Below are positions 61,967 to 64,000 of a stretch of 64,000 nucleotides of DNA, piece after piece. The notes beneath the pieces are model-generated. The model saw only the letters and a list, made by a program, of their open reading frames with translations. It did not search any database and was not told where the DNA came from. Numbering within the stretch: position 1 is the stretch's first letter; every line of letters begins with the position of its first letter. The translations under genes were made by a program, and so were the position numbers. The stretch lies in the IMG/VR virus record IMGVR_UViG_3300020178_000002, positions 186,001 to 250,000 of that record, one strand, 5' to 3'.

Positions 61967-64000
61967 ATGTCCAAAAAAGCTGTCAAAAGAGATGACCCTA
62001 AAAAAAAGAACACAGGTGAAGGTGGTCTTGATACATGGTTTGCAGGGCATGGTGGTGGTAAACCTGATGAAAGAGCAACATGGGGTGATTGGGTTTCTAT
62101 AACTCCTGTTAAGAAAACAATAACTAAAGAAGATGGATCTAAGAAGACATATGAACCAGGTGACATTGTTGGCCCATGTGGGATATCTAGTGACCCAGAG
62201 TGGTCATCCATTACAGAGAATGGAAAAAAGCCCCTCAAATGTATGCCAAGAGAAAAAGCTCATGATATGGCAAAAAAAGACAGAGCAGAACTCGCTAAGA
62301 ACAAGAAAAAACAAGAGAGTGGTGGAAAGAAGCCTACTAACACTCCTACCTTTTCTGAGGAAGCTAAAGAAGTTTTAGACAAGAAGTCTGCTCTAGGGAT
62401 TACTAGAAACTCTAGGGCTGTATCGAAGCTGAAAAAAGCTATCTTACACCTTTTAGCTTTCTATGCAGAAGATCAAGACAAGAAGATTACAGAGTTCTTG
62501 AGCCTTGTTTTGGATAAAGTCGAGTCTAGGCTTCAAAATCAGTTCAATATCAGAAGGTTTTCTTTAGAATCTGCTTCAATAAATAGGTATGACCCTTCTG
62601 CAACTAACATTTCCCTTTACTATGCGATAAATGGGGGGAGTTATAGGGTAGACCTGAACATAGGGTATTCAAACCAATACTCTAGATTTAATAGCAATGT
62701 TCCTTTGAGAAAGAGAATGGGTGTAGCTCTGTACTCCATAAAAAAGGTGGCAAGTAGTTCTATCTTAATCCCACCCCCACCCTCTGAAGAAGAACACCTC
62801 CGAGAGCTTTCTGAAGTATCGTATCAGTATGAAAATAGATATAATGCTCCAGAGTTGCAGGACGCTTTAGATTCAAGTTCAGAACATCTTTTTTCAAATC
62901 TCTTACTAGAACATGGTCATGTTGAGTCACCTGTTAACATCAAATCTATGATGGATGGGATTCTGGGAAGTATAGTTATTCATAAAAGCTTCTTCAATGT
63001 CTCAAGGCCTAATGTTCTAGCTAGCAAACATGGTATTCCATTTAAGTATGACTACTTAGAGTCTGCACAGACACCTAGCTACCCTAGTGGACACACAGCT
63101 CAGGCTTACTATGCTGCTCTCTTACTTGCTGATAAATACCCTCTCCTGAGAGAGGGTTTATTAAATATAGCCAGGATGGTTGAACAATCGAGAGTAGATA
63201 GAGGTGTCCATTACCCTTCAGACAACAAGGCAGGTAAACTACTCGCTACTGTTCTTTATGAGAATAAGAAGCTAGGAAAGAAAGCAGACTTCTTTAGAGA
63301 AGTATCTCCACCAGATTCTTTAACAAGTTTAAATCAAGGAAGTCATGGTAAGGATGAGAACCCCGATGGTGTAAATGACCACAGTTCTTTGCCTAATGGG
63401 GATTCAGCAAGGAATATAGGCAGACCTTCTCCAGATTCTCCTAATCTGAAGTATAAAGATCTTCACAATCAACCTAGACCTACAAATGTTATAGACAGAG
63501 GGTATGTGAATAACAGTGGTAGTGGTTCAGCGAGGGTCATACCTCAGTCTTTAAAACAAGCTGGTTCTCAACCTGCACAAGATTTAGCTGGTGTGAAGAC
63601 ATGGGTGACTAAGACCAGACAAGATCAAATAAATAATGACACTAACCCCGAAAAGACAAGAGCAGATTATGAAGACGGTAAGCCTCAGAGAGACAGAGTT
63701 CTACCTTTACCTAGTGGACACCCAGAGGGGAGAACGGAAGACAGGGCAGCACCGAAAGGATTTAATACTGTGCCCGATTCTAGTGGTCAGGGTGGACAGA
63801 ATAGACCACCGAAAGATCCAAGTGCATTAAAAGACCAACCAGAGGGTAAAGCACTACACGAAAGACCTCGATCTAGTGCTGTTCCAGGAGAGAACTATGG
63901 ACATCCTTATATAGATCAGTCTACTTCTACGGGTCTTAAACGCAGAATTGTGGGAAATACTGAATTCTGGGATGTTGAAGATGGTGAGGTTGTGGCTGGT
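61967..64000 (+). CDS. 3'-truncated multidomain protein: DUF5872-like N-terminus, PAP2 acid-phosphatase domain, low-complexity tail
   Basis: Open from ATG 61967 (AGGAGG RBS) to the window end, 678 codons, absent from the track. PAP2 motifs K-x6-RP (KSFFNVSRP), PSGH and SR-x5-H-x3-D (SRVDRGVHYPSD) at about 62984-63223. Confidence 0.85.
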   Translation, partial: MSKKAVKRDDPKKKNTGEGGLDTWFAGHGGGKPDERATWGDWVSITPVKKTITKEDGSKKTYEPGDIVGPCGISSDPEWSSITENGKKPLKCMPREKAHDMAKKDRAELAKNKKKQESGGKKPTNTPTFSEEAKEVLDKKSALGITRNSRAVSKLKKAILHLLAFYAEDQDKKITEFLSLVLDKVESRLQNQFNIRRFSLESASINRYDPSATNISLYYAINGGSYRVDLNIGYSNQYSRFNSNVPLRKRMGVALYSIKKVASSSILIPPPPSEEEHLRELSEVSYQYENRYNAPELQDALDSSSEHLFSNLLLEHGHVESPVNIKSMMDGILGSIVIHKSFFNVSRPNVLASKHGIPFKYDYLESAQTPSYPSGHTAQAYYAALLLADKYPLLREGLLNIARMVEQSRVDRGVHYPSDNKAGKLLATVLYENKKLGKKADFFREVSPPDSLTSLNQGSHGKDENPDGVNDHSSLPNGDSARNIGRPSPDSPNLKYKDLHNQPRPTNVIDRGYVNNSGSGSARVIPQSLKQAGSQPAQDLAGVKTWVTKTRQDQINNDTNPEKTRADYEDGKPQRDRVLPLPSGHPEGRTEDRAAPKGFNTVPDSSGQGGQNRPPKDPSALKDQPEGKALHERPRSSAVPGENYGHPYIDQSTSTGLKRRIVGNTEFWDVEDGEVVAG

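Noticed and set aside
1-64000. Stop-codon reassignment, tRNA genes or eukaryotic giant-virus origin
   Set aside because: Genes tile densely under the standard code and end in all three stops, no cloverleaf was seen in the gaps, and the gene content and RBSs are bacterial-phage type.

Overview
This is a gene-dense, AT-rich fragment of a large (jumbo-type) dsDNA bacteriophage genome. It uses the standard code and has AGGAG-type ribosome-binding sites; I found no tRNA, rRNA or CRISPR array. Recognisable genes cover replication and recombination (SNF2 helicase, divergent UvrD helicase, RecA, split SbcC plus SbcD, DnaX and delta/delta-prime clamp-loader subunits, a lone primase Zn finger, a probable TopIB C-terminus), nucleotide metabolism (NrdA with an active-site intein, NrdB next to a GIY-YIG endonuclease, ThyX, dNK, MazG), transcription (NusG-like, tandem HTH), two DNA methyltransferases, a probable portal protein and many unknown virion-like genes. 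Three signals stand out. (1) Many unrelated proteins share short [KR]-x-A motifs, an LExR(I/V)AxLEK leader or an RV(A/V)SRYL tag, and many lie in units preceded by one 16-bp promoter-like motif; I infer a virion packaging and proteolytic-processing system that delivers enzymes as polyproteins. (2) A C5-methyltransferase locus is read end to end in two frames from one RBS, and the second frame supplies motif IX and repeated TRD-like modules. (3) A class III nucleotide cyclase sits beside membrane proteins. All family assignments come from motifs recognised by eye; no database search was run.
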